The notes below the pieces were generated by a model. The model made no database searches. It was not told where the DNA came from and worked only from the letters and a program-made list of their open reading frames with translations. A program made the position numbers and the translations under genes. From Eledone cirrhosa (taxonomy: Eukaryota), in NCBI GenBank assembly GCA_964016885.1, contig OZ024741.1, positions 186,000,001 through 186,064,000 of the forward strand: a stretch of DNA of 64,000 nt, read 5' to 3'. Below, in pieces: positions 10,001 to 22,820 of this stretch; position 1 is the stretch's first letter, and the number at the start of each line of letters is the position of its first letter.

Positions 10001-13000
10001 GGAGGTAATGCTAGTGTTGTTTGTTATTTTATGTTGGAGGTAATGCTAGTGTTGTTTGTTATTTTTTGTTGTAGGTATTGCCTTGTTGTTTGTTATCTTG
10101 TGTTGTAGGTAATGCTAGTGTTGTTTGTTATTTTATGTTGGAGGTAATGCTAGTGTTGTTTGTTATTTTATGTTGGAGGTAATGCTAGTGTTGTTTGTTA
10201 TTTTATGTTGGAGGTAATGCTAGTGTTGTTTGTTATTTTCTGTTGGAGGTAATGCTAGTGTTGTTTGTTATTTTTTGTTGTAGGTATAGCCTTGTTGTTT
10301 GTTATCTTGTGTTGTAGGTAATGCTAGTGTTGTTTGTTATTTTATGTTGGAGGTAATGCTAGTGTTGTTTGTTATTTTATATTGGAGGTAATGCTAGTGT
10401 TGATTGTTATTTTATGTTGGAGGTAATGCTAGTGTTGTTTGTTATTTTATGTTGGAGGTAATGCTAGTGTTGTTTGTTATTTTTTGTTGTAGGTATTGCC
10501 TTGTTGTTTGTTATCTTGTGTTGTAGGTAATGCTAGTGTTGTTTGTTATTTTATGTTGGAGGTAATGTTAGTGTTGTTTGTTATTTTGTGTTGGAGGTAA
10601 TGCTAGTGTTGTTTGTTATTTTATGTTGGAGGTAATGCTAGTGTTGTTTTTTATTTTGTGTTGGAGGTAATGATAGTGTTGTTTGTTATTTTATGTTGGA
10701 GGTAATGTTAGTGTTGTTTGTTATTTTGTGTTGGAGGTAATGATAGTGTTGTTTGTTATTTTATGTTGGAGGTAATGCTAGTGTTGTTTGTTATTTTGTG
10801 TTGGAGGTAATGTTAGTGTTGTTTGTTATTTTATATTGGAGGTAATGCTAGTGTTGTTTGTTGTTTTGTGTTGTAGGTAATGCTAGTGTTGTTTGTTATT
10901 TTGCGTTGGAGGTAATGTTAGTGTTGTTTGTTATTTTATGTTGGAGGTAATGCCTTGTTGTTTGTTATTTTGTGTTGGAGGTAATGCTATGTTGTTTGTC
11001 ATTTTGTGTTGGAGGTAATGCTATTGTTGTTTGTTTTTTGTTTGTTGGAGGTAATGCTAGTGTTGTTTGTTATTTTATGTTGGAGGTAATGCTATGTCGT
11101 TTGTTATTTTGTGTTGGAGGTAATGCTAGTGTTGTTTGTTATTTTGTGTTAGAGGTAATGCTAGTATTGTTTGTTATTTTGTGCTGAAGGTAATGTTAGT
11201 GTTGTTTGTTATTTTATTCTGGAGGTAATGCTAGTATTGTTTGTTATTTTGTGTTGGAGGTAATGTTAGTGTTGTTTGTTATTTTATGTTGGAGGTATTG
11301 CGTTGTTGTTTGTTATTTTGTGTTGGAGGTAATGTTAGTGTTGTTTGTTATTTTATGTTGGAGGTAATGCTAGTGTTGTTTGTTTATTGTTTGTTGGAGG
11401 TAATGCTAGTGTTGTTTGTTTTTTGTTTGTTGGAGGTAACGCTAGTGCTGTTTGTTATTTCGTGTTGTAGGTATTGCCTTGTTGTTTGTTATTTTGTGTT
11501 GGAGGTATTGCCTTGTTGTTTGTTATTTTGTGTTGGAGGCAATGCAAGTGTTGTTTGTTATTTTATGTTAGAGGTAATGCTAGTGTTGTTTGTTATTTTA
11601 TGTCGGAGGTAATGCTAGTGTTGTTTGTTATTTTATGTTGGAGGTAATGCTAGTGGTGTTTGTTATTTTATGTTGGAGGTAATGCTAGTGTTGTTTGTTA
11701 TTTTATGTTGGAGGTATTCCCTTGTTGTTTGTTATTTCGTGTTGGAGGTAATGTTAGTGTTGTTTGTTATTTTATGTTGGAGGTAATGCTAGTGTTCTTT
11801 GTTATTTTTTGTTGTAGGTATTGCTAGTGTTGTTTGTTATTTTATGTTGGAGGTATTGCCTTGTTGTTTGTTATTTTGTGTTGGAGGTATTCCCTTGTTG
11901 TTTGTTATTTCGTGTTGGAGGTAATGTTAGTGTTGTTTGTTATTTTTTGTTGTAGGTATTGCCTTGTTGTTTGTTATTTTATGTTGGAGGTAATGCTAGT
12001 GTTGTTTGTTATTTTATGTTGGAGGTAATGCTAGTGTTGTTTGTTATTTTATGTTGGAGGTAATGCTAGTATTGTTTGTTATTTTATGTTGGAGGTAATG
12101 CTAGTGTTGTTTGTTATTTTATGTTGGAGGTAATGCTAGTGTTGTTTGTTATTTTATGTTGCAGGTAATGCTACTGTTGTTTGTTATTTTATGTTGGGTT
12201 AATGCGAGTGTTGTTTGTTATTTTATGTTGGAGGTAATGCTAGTGTTTTTTGTTATTTTATGTTGGAAGTAATGCTAGTGTTGTTTGTTATTTTATGTTG
12301 GAGGTATTGCTAGTGTTGTTTGTTATTTTATGTTGGAGGTAATGCTATGTTGTTTGTTATTTTATATTGGAGGTAATGCTAGTGTTGTTTGTTATTTTAT
12401 GTTGGAGGTAATGCTAGTGTTGTTTGTTATTTCATGTTGGGGGTAATGCTAGTATTGTTTGTTATTTTATGTTGGAGGTGATGCTAGTGTTGTTTGTTAT
12501 TTTATGTTGGAGGTAATATCTATGTTGTTTGTTATTTTATGTTGGAGGTAATGCTAGTGTTGTTTGTTATTTTATGTTGGAGGTAATGCTAGTGTTGTTT
12601 GTTATTTTTTGTTGTAGGTATTGCCTTGTTGTTTGTTATCTTGTGTTGTAGGTAATGCTAGTGTTGTTTGTTATTTTATGTTGGAGGTAATGCTAGTGTT
12701 GTTTGTTATTTTATGTTGGAGGTAATGCTACTGTTGTTTATTTTGTATGTTGGAGGTAATGCTAGTGTTGTTTGTTATTTTATGTTGGAGGCAATGCTAG
12801 TGTTGTTTGTTATTTTATGTTGGAGGTAGTGCCTTGTTGTTTGTTATTTTGTGTTGGAGGTAATGTTAGTGTTGTTTGTTATTTTGTGTTGAAGGTAATG
12901 CTAATGTTGTTTGTTATTTTATGTTGGAGGTAATGCTAGTGTTGTTTGTTATTTTATGTTGGAGGTAATGCTAGTGTTGTTTGTTATTTTATGTTGGAGG

Positions 13001-16000
13001 TAATGCTAGTGTTGTTTGTTATATTATGTTGGAGGTAATGCTAGTGTTGTTTGTTATTTTATGTCGGAGGTAATGCTAGTGTTGTTTGTTATTTTATGTT
13101 GGAGGTAATGCTAGTGTTGATTGTTATTTTATGTTGGAGGTAATGCTAGTGTTGTTTGTTATTTTATGTTGGAGGTAATGCTAGTGTTGTTTGTTATTTT
13201 ATGTTGGAGGTAATGCTAGTGTTGTTTGTTATTTTATGTTTGAGGTAATGCTAGTGTTGTTTGTTATTTTATATTGGAGGTAATGCTACTGTTGTTTGTT
13301 TTTTATGTTGGAGGTAATGCTAGTGTTGTTTGTTATTTTATGTTGGAGGTATTGCCTTGTTTTTTGTTATTTTGTGTTGGAGGTAATGCTAGTGTTGTTT
13401 GTTATTTTATGTTGGAGGTAGTGCCTTGTTGTTTGTTATTTTAAGTTGGAGGTAATACTATGTTGTTTGTTATTTTATGTTGGAGGTATTCCCTTGTTGT
13501 TTGCTATTTCGTGTTGGCGGTAATGTTAGTGTTGTTTTTTATTTTATGTTGGAGGTAATGCTAGTGTTGTTTGTTATTTTATGTTGGAGGCAATGCTAGT
13601 GTTGTTTGTTATTTTATGTTGGAGGTAGTGCCTTGTTGTTTGTTATTTTGTGTTGGAGGTAATGCTAGTGTTGTTTGTTATTTTATGTTGGAGGTAGTGC
13701 CTTGTTGTTTGTTATTTTGTGTTGGAGGTAATGTTAGTGTCGTTTGTTATTTTGTGTTGTAGGTAATGCTAATGTTGTTTGTTATTTTATGTTGGAGGTA
13801 ATGCTAGTGTTGTTTGTTATTTTATGTTGGAGGTAATGCTAGTGTTGTTTGTTATTTTATGTTTGAGGTAATGCTAGTGTTGTTTGTTATTTTATATTGG
13901 AGGTAATGCTACTGTTGTTTGTTTTTTATGTTGGAGGTAATGCTAGTGTTGTTTGTTATTTTATGTTGGAGGTATTGCCTTGTTTTTTGTTATTTTGTGT
14001 TGGAGGTAATGCTAGTGTTGTTTGTTATTTTATGTTGGAGGTAGTGCCTTGTTGTTTGTTATTTTAAGTTGGAGGTAATACTATGTTGTTTGTTATTTTA
14101 TGTTGGAGGTATTCCCTTGTTGTTTGCTATTTCGTGTTGGCGGTAATGTTAGTGTTGTTTGTTATTTTATGTTGGAGGTAATGCTATGTTGTTTGTTATT
14201 TTATGTTGGAGGTATTCCCTTGTTGTTTGTTATTTCGAGTTGGAGGTAATGCTAGTGTTGTTTGTTATTTTATGTTGGAGGTATTGCCTTGTTGTTTGTT
14301 ATTTTGTATTGGAGGTAATGTTATTGTTGTTTGTTATTTTATGTTGGAGGTAATGCTAGTGTTGTTTGTTATTTTATGTTGGAGGTAATGCTACTGTTGT
14401 TTATTTTGTATGTTGGAGGTAATGCTAGTGTTGTTTGTTATTTTATGTTGGAGGCAATGCTAGTGTTGTTTGTTATTTTATGTTGGAGGTAGTGCCTTGT
14501 TGTTTGTTATTTTAAGTTGGAGGTAATACTATGTTGTTTGTTATTTTATGTTGGAGGTATTCCCTTGTTGTTTGCTATTTCGTGTTGGCGGTAATGTTAG
14601 TGTTGTTTGTTATTTTATATTGGAGGTAATGCTACTGTTGTTTGTTTTTTATGTTGGAGGTAATGCTAGTGTTGTTTGTTATTTTATGTTGGAGGTATTG
14701 CCTTGTTTTTTGTTATTTTGTGTTGGAGGTAATGCTAGTGTTGTTTGTTATTTTATGTTGGAGGTAGTGCCTTGTTGTTTGTTATTTTAAGTTGGAGGTA
14801 ATACTATGTTGTTTGTTATTTTATGTTGGAGGTATTCCCTTGTTGTTTGCTATTTCGTGTTGGCGGTAATGTTAGTGTTGTTTGTTATTTTATGTTGGAG
14901 GTAATGCTATGTTGTTTGTTATTTTATGTTGGAGGTATTCCCTTGTTGTTTGTTATTTCGAGTTGGAGGTAATGTTAGTGTTGTTTGTTATTTTATGTTG
15001 GAGGTAATGCTAGTGTTGTTTGTTATTTTACGTTGGAGGTAATGCTAGTGTTGTTTGTTATTTTATGTTGGAGGTAATGCTATGTTGTTTGTTATTTTAT
15101 GTTGGAGGTATTCCCTTGTTGTTTGTTATTTCGAGTTGGAGGTAATGTTAGTGTTGTTTGTTATTTTGTGTTGTAGGTAATGCTAGTGTTGTTTGTTATT
15201 TTATGTTGGAGGTAATGCTAGTGTTGTATGTTATTTTACGTTGGAGGTAATGCTAGTGTTGTTTGTTATTTTATGTTGGAGGTAATGCTAGTGTTGTTTG
15301 TTAATTTATGTTGGAGGTAATGCTAGTGTTGTTTGTTATTTTATGTTGGAGGTAATGCTAGTGTTGTTTGTTATTTTGTGTTGGAGGTAATGTTAGTGTT
15401 GTTTGTTATTTTATTTTGGAGGTAATGCTAGTGTAGTTTGTTTTTTGTTTGTTGGAGGTAATGCTAGTGTTGTTTGTTATTTCGTGTTGTAGGTATTGCA
15501 TTGTTGTTTGTTATTTTGTGTTGGAGGTAATGCTATGCTGTTTGTTATTTTGTGTTGGAGGCAATGCTAGTGTTGTTTGTTATTTTATGTTGGAGGTATT
15601 GCCTTGTTGTCTGTTATTTTATGTTGGAGGTAATGCTAGTGTTGATTGTTATTTTGTGTTGGAGGTAATGTTAGTGTTGTTTGTTATTTTATGTTGGAGG
15701 TAATGCTAGTGTTGTTTGTTATTTGTTTGTTGGAGGTAATGCTAGTGTTGTTTGTTATTTCGTGTTTTAGGTATTGCATTGTTGTTTGTTATTTTGTGTT
15801 GGAGGTAATGCTATGTTGTTTGTTATTTTGTGTTGGAGGCAATGCTAGTGTTGTTTGTTATTTTATGTTGGAGGTATTGCCTTGTTGTCTGTTATTTTGT
15901 GTAGGAGGTAATGTTAGTGTTGTTTATTATTTTATGTTAGAGGTAATGCTAGTGTTGTTTGTTATTTTATGTTGGAGGTATTGCCTTGTTGTTTGTTATT

Positions 16001-19000
16001 TAGTGTTGGAGGTAATGCTAGTGTTGTTTGTTATTTTATGTTGCAGGCAATGCTAGTGTTGTTTGTTCTTTTATGTTGGAGGTATTGCCTTGTTGTTTGT
16101 TATTTTGTGTTGGAGGTAATGCTAGTGTTGTTTGTTATTTTATGTTGGAGGTAATGCTAGTCTTGTTTGTTATTTTATGTTGGAGGTAATGCTAGTGTTG
16201 TTTGTTATTTTATGTTGGAGGTAATGCTACTGTTGTTTGTTTTTTATGTTGGAGGTAATGCTAGTGTTGTTTGTTATTTTATGTTGGAGGTAATGCTAGT
16301 GTTGTTTGTTATTTTAAGTTGGAGGTAATACTATGTTGTTTGTTATTTTATGTTGGAGGTATTCCCTTGTTGTTTGCTATTTCGTGTTGGCGGTAATGTT
16401 AGTGTTGTTTGTTATTTTATGTTGGAGGTAATGCTATGTTGTTTGTTATTTTATGTTGGAGGTATTCCCTTGTTGTTTGTTATTTCGAGTTGGAGGTAAT
16501 GTTAGTGTTGTTTGTTATTTTATGTTGGAGGTAATGCTAGTGTTGTTTGTTATTTTACGTTGGAGGTAATGCTAGTGTTGTTTGTTATTTTATGTTGGAG
16601 GTAATGCTAGTGTTGTTTGTTATTTTATGTTGGAGGTAATGCTAGTGTTGTTTGTTATTTTATGTTGTAGGTAATGCTAGTGTTGTTTGTTATTTTATGT
16701 TGGAGGTAATGCTAGTGTTGTTTGTTATTTTATGTTGGAGGTAATGCTAGTGTTGTTTGTTATTTTATGTTGGGGGTAATGCTAGTGTTGTTTGTTAATT
16801 TATGTTGGAGGTAATGCTAGTGTTGTTTGTTATTTTATGTTGGAGGTAATGCTAGTGTTGTTTGTTATTTTGTGTTGGAGGTAATGTTAGTGTTGTTTGT
16901 TATTTTATTTTGGAGGTAATGCTAGTGTAGTTTGTTTTTTGTTTGTTGGAGGTAATGCTAGTGTTGTTTGTTATTTCGTGTTGTAGGTATTGCATTGTTG
17001 TTTGTTATTTTGTGTTGGAGGTAATGCTATGTTGTTTGTTATTTTGTGTTGGAGGCAATGCTAGTGTTGTTTGTTATTTTATGTTGGAGTTATTGCCTTG
17101 TTGTCTGTTATTTTATGTTGGAGGTAATGCTAGTGTTGATTGTTATTTTGTGTTGGAGGTAATGTTAGTGTTGTTTGTTATTTTATGTTGGAGGTAATGC
17201 TAGTGTTGTTTGTTATTTGTTTGTTGGAGGTAATGCTAGTGTTGTTTGTTATTTCGTGTTTTAGGTATTGCATTGTTGTTTGTTATTTTGTGTTGGAGGT
17301 AATGCTATGTTGTTTGTTATTTTGTGTTGGAGGCAATGCTAGTGTTGTTTGTTATTTTATGTTGGAGGTATTGCCTTGTTGTCTGTTATTTTGTGTAGGA
17401 GGTAATGTTAGTGTTGTTTATTATTTTATGTTAGAGGTAATGCTAGTGTTGTTTGTTATTTTATGTTGGGGGTATTGCCTTGTTGTTTGTTATTTAGTGT
17501 TGGAGGTAATGCTAGTGTTGTTTGTTATTTTATGTTGGAGGCAATGCTAGTGTTGTTTGTTATTTTATGTTGGAGGTAATGCTACTGTTGTTTATTTTGT
17601 ATGTTGGAGGTAATGCTAGTATTGTTTGTTATTTTATGTTGGAGGCAATGCTAGTGTTGTTTGTTATTTTATGTTGGAGGTAGTGCCTTGTTGTTTGTTA
17701 TTTTGTGTTGGAGGTAATGCTAGTGTTGTTTGTTATTTTATGTTGGAGGTAGTGCCTTGTTGTTTGTTATTTTGTGTTGGAGGTAATGTTAGTGTCGTTT
17801 GTTATTTTGTGTTGTAGGTAATGCTAATGTTGTTTGTTATTTTATGTTGGAGGTAATGCTAGTGTTGTTTGTTATTTTATGTTGGAGGTATTCCCTTGTT
17901 GTTTGCTATTTCGTGTTGGCGGTAATGTTAGTGTTGTTTGTTATTTTATGTTGGAGGTAATGCTATGTTGTTTGTTATTTTATGTTGGAGGTATTCCCTT
18001 GTTGTTTGTTATTTCGAGTTGGAGGTAATGTTAGTGTTGTTTGTTATTTTATGTTGGAGGTAATGCTAGTGTTGTTTGTTATTTTACGTTGGAGGTAATG
18101 CTAGTGTTGTTTGTTATTTTATGTTGGAGGTAATGCTAGTGTTGTTTGTTATTTTTTGTTGTAGGTATTGGCTTGTTGTTTGTTATTTTGTGTTGTAGGT
18201 AATGCTAGTGTTGTTTGTTATTTTATGTTGGAGGTAATGCTAGTGTTGTTTGTTATTTTATGTTGGAGGTAATGCTAGTGTTGTTTGTTATTTTATGTTG
18301 GAGGTAATGCTAGTGTTGTTTGTTAATTTATGTTGGAGGTAATGCTAGTGTTGTTTGTTATTTTATGTTGGAGGTAATGCTAGTGTTGTTTGTTATTTTG
18401 TGTTGGAGGTAATGTTAGTGTTGTTTGTTATTTTATTTTGGAGGTAATGCTAGTGTAGTTTGTTTTTTGTTTGTTGGAGGTAATGCTAGTGTTGTTTGTT
18501 ATTTCGTGTTGTAGGTATTGCATTGTTGTTTGTTATTTTGTGTTGGAGGTAATGCTATGCTGTTTGTTATTTTGTGTTGGAGGCAATGCTAGTGTTGTTT
18601 GTTATTTTATGTTGGAGGTATTGCCTTGTTGTCTGTTATTTTATGTTGGAGGTAATGCTAGTGTTGATTGTTATTTTGTATTGGAGGTAATGTTAGTGTT
18701 GTTTGTTATTTTGTGTTGGAGGTAATGCTAGTGTTGTTTGTTATTTGTTTGTTGGAGGTAATGCTAGTGTTGTTTGTTATTTCGTGTTTTAGGTATTGCA
18801 TTGTTGTTTGTTATTTTGTGTTGGAGGTAATGCTATGTTGTTTGTTATTTTGTGTTGGAGGCAATGCTAGTGTTGTTTGTTATTTTATGTTGGAGGTATT
18901 GCCTTGTTGTCTGTTATTTTGTGTAGGAGGTAATGTTAGTGTTGTTTATTATTTTATGTTAGAGGTAATGCTAGTGTTGTTTGTTATTTTATGTTGGAGG

Positions 19001-22000
19001 TATTGCCTTGTTGTTTGTTATTTAGTGTTGGAGGTAATGCTAGTGCTGTTTGTTATTTTATGTTGGAGGCAATGCTAGTGTTGTTTGTTATTTTATGTTG
19101 GAGGTATTGCCTTGTTGTTTGTTATTTTGTGTTGGAGGTAATGCTAGTGTTGTTTGTTATTTTATGTTGGAGGTAATGCTAGTGTTGTTTGATATTTTAA
19201 GTTTGAGGTAATACTTTGTTGTTTGTTATTTTATGTTGGAGGTATTCCCTTGTTGTTTGCTATTTCGTGTTGGCGGTAATGTTAGTGTTGTTTGTTATTT
19301 TATGTTGGAGGTAATGCTATGTTGTTTGTTATTTTATGCTGGAGGTATTCCTTTGTTGTTTGTTATTTCGAGTTGGAGGTACTGTTAGTGTTGTTTTTTA
19401 TTTTATGTTGGAGGTATTGCTAGTGTTGTTTGTTATTTTATGTTGGAGGTAATGCTAGTGTTGTTTGTTATTTTATGTTGGAGGTAATGCTAGTGTTGTT
19501 TGTTATTTTATGTTGGAGGTAATGCTAGTGTTGTTTGTTATATTATGTTGGAGGTAATGCTAGTGTTGTTTGTTATTTTATGTCGGAGGTAATGCTAGTG
19601 TTGTTTGTTATTTTATGTTGGAGGTAATGCTAGTGTTGATTGTTATTTTATGTTGGAGGTAATGCTAGTGTTGTTTGTTATTTTATGTTGGAGGTAATGC
19701 TAGTGTTGTTTGTTATTTTTTGTTGTAGGTATTGCCTTGTTGTTTGTTATCTTGTGTTGTAGGTAATGCTAGTGTTGTTTGTTATTTTATGTTGGAGGTA
19801 ATGCTAGTGTTGTTTGTTATTTTATGTTGGAGGTAATGCTAGTGTTGTTTGTTATTTTATGTTGGAGGTAATGCTAGTGTTGTTTGTTATTTTCTGTTGG
19901 AGGTAATACTAGTGTTGTTTGTTATTTTTTGTTGTAGGTATAGCCTTGTTGTTTGTTATCTTGTGTTGTAGGTAATGCTAGTGTTGTTTGTTATTTTATG
20001 TTGGAGGTAATGCTAGTGTTGTTTGTTATTTTATATTGGAGGTAATGCTAGTGTTGATTGTTATTTTATGTTGGAGGTAATGCTAGTGTTGTTTGTTATT
20101 TTATGTTGGAGGTAATGCTAGTGTTGTTTGTTATTTTTTGTTGTAGGTATTGCCTTGTTGTTTGTTATCTTGTGTTGTAGGTAATGCTAGTGTTGTTTGT
20201 TATTTTATGTTGGAGGTAATGTTAGTGTTGTTTGTTATTTTGTGTTGGAGGTAATGCTAGTGTTGTTTGTTATTTTATGTTGGAGGTAATGCTAGTGTTG
20301 TTTTTTATTTTGTGTTGGAGGTAATGATAGTGTTGTTTGTTATTTTATGTTGGAGGTAATGTTAGTGTTGTTTGTTATTTTGTGTTGGAGGTAATGATAG
20401 TGTTGTTTGTTATTTTATGTTGGAGGTAATGCTAGTGTTGTTTGTTATTTTGTGTTGGAGGTAATGTTAGTGTTGTTTGTTATTTTATATTGGAGGTAAT
20501 GCTAGTGTTGTTTGTTGTTTTGTGTTGTAGGTAATGCTAGTGTTGTTTGTTATTTTGCGTTGGAGGTAATGTTAGTGTTGTTTGTTATTTTATGTTGGAG
20601 GTAATGCCTTGTTGTTTGTTATTTTGTGTTGGAGGTAATGCTATGTTGTTTGTCATTTTGTGTTGGAGGTAATGCTATTGTTGTTTGTTTTTTGTTTGTT
20701 GGAGGTAATGCTAGTGTTGTTTGTTATTTTATGTTGGAGGTAATGCTATGTCGTTTGTTATTTTGTGTTGGAGGTAATGCTAGTGTTGTTTGTTATTTTG
20801 TGTTAGAGGTAATGCTAGTATTGTTTGTTATTTTGTGCTGAAGGTAATGTTAGTGTTGTTTGTTATTTTATTCTGGAGGTAATGCTAGTATTGTTTGTTA
20901 TTTTGTGTTGGAGGTAATGTTAGTGTTGTTTGTTATTTTATGTTGGAGGTATTGCGTTGTTGTTTGTTATTTTGTGTTGGAGGTAATGTTAGTGTTGTTT
21001 GTTATTTTATGTTGGAGGTAATGCTAGTGTTGTTTGTTTATTGTTTGTTGGAGGTAATGCTAGTGTTGTTTGTTTTTTGTTTGTTGGAGGTAACGCTAGT
21101 GCTGTTTGTTATTTCGTGTTGTAGGTATTGCCTTGTTGTTTGTTATTTTGTGTTGGAGGTATTGCCTTGTTGTTTGTTATTTTGTGTTGGAGGCAATGCA
21201 AGTGTTGTTTGTTATTTTATGTTAGAGGTAATGCTAGTGTTGTTTGTTATTTTATGTCGGAGGTAATGCTAGTGTTGTTTGTTATTTTATGTTGGAGGTA
21301 ATGCTAGTGGTGTTTGTTATTTTATGTTGGAGGTAATGCTAGTGTTGTTTGTTATTTTATGTTGGAGGTATTCCCTTGTTGTTTGTTATTTCGTGTTGGA
21401 GGTAATGTTAGTGTTGTTTGTTATTTTATGTTGGAGGTAATGCTAGTGTTCTTTGTTATTTTTTGTTGTAGGTATTGCTAGTGTTGTTTGTTATTTTATG
21501 TTGGAGGTATTGCCTTGTTGTTTGTTATTTTGTGTTGGAGGTATTCCCTTGTTGTTTGTTATTTCGTGTTGGAGGTAATGTTAGTGTTGTTTGTTATTTT
21601 TTGTTGTAGGTATTGCCTTGTTGTTTGTTATTTTATGTTGGAGGTAATGCTAGTGTTGTTTGTTATTTTATGTTGGAGGTAATGCTAGTGTTGTTTGTTA
21701 TTTTATGTTGGAGGTAATGCTAGTATTGTTTGTTATTTTATGTTGGAGGTAATGCTAGTGTTGTTTGTTATTTTATGTTGGAGGTAATGCTAGTGTTGTT
21801 TGTTATTTTATGTTGCAGGTAATGCTACTGTTGTTTGTTATTTTATGTTGGGTTAATGCTAGTGTTGTTTGTTATTTTATGTTGGAGGTAATGCTAGTGT
21901 TTTTTGTTATTTTATGTTGGAAGTAATGCTAGTGTTGTTTGTTATTTTATGTTGGAGGTATTGCTAGTGTTGTTTGTTATTTTATGTTGGAGGTAATGCT

Positions 22001-22820
22001 ATGTTGTTTGTTATTTTATATTGGAGGTAATGCTAGTGTTGTTTGTTATTTTATGTTGGAGGTAATGCTAGTGTTGTTTGTTATTTCATGTTGGGGGTAA
22101 TGCTAGTATTGTTTGTTATTTTATGTTGGAGGTGATGCTAGTGTTGTTTGTTATTTTATGTTGGAGGTAATATCTATGTTGTTTGTTATTTTATGTTGGA
22201 GGTAATGCTAGTGTTGTTTGTTATTTTATGTTGGAGGTAATGCTAGTGTTGTTTGTTATTTTTTGTTGTAGGTATTGCCTTGTTGTTTGTTATCTTGTGT
22301 TGTAGGTAATGCTAGTGTTGTTTGTTATTTTATGTTGGAGGTAATGCTAGTGTTGTTTGTTATTTTATGTTGGAGGTAATGCTACTGTTGTTTATTTTGT
22401 ATGTTGGAGGTAATGCTAGTGTTGTTTGTTATTTTATGTTGGAGGCAATGCTAGTGTTGTTTGTTATTTTATGTTGGAGGTAGTGCCTTGTTGTTTGTTA
22501 TTTTGTGTTGGAGGTAATGTTAGTGTTGTTTGTTATTTTGTGTTGAAGGTAATGCTAATGTTGTTTGTTATTTTATGTTGGAGGTAATGCTAGTGTTGTT
22601 TGTTATTTTATGTTGGAGGTAATGCTAGTGTTGTTTGTTATTTTATGTTGGAGGTAATGCTAGTGTTGTTTGTTATATTATGTTGGAGGTAATGCTAGTG
22701 TTGTTTGTTATTTTATGTCGGAGGTAATGCTAGTGTTGTTTGTTATTTTATGTTGGAGGTAATGCTAGTGTTGATTGTTATTTTATGTTGGAGGTAATGC
22801 TAGTGTTGTTTGTTATTTTA
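3500..22820 (+). repeat. Near-perfect tandem duplication of a 9653/9654-bp unit (about 3500-13165 and about 13165-22820)
   Basis: ORF twins 3918/13571, 4506/14159 and 5796/15449 (offset 9653), and 7289/16943, 9014/18668, 10972/20626 and 11834/21488 (offset 9654). The offset change is explained by a 1-bp loss at about 6390 (tttaatgttcagg vs ttttatgttgcagg at about 16040). Confidence 0.95.
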
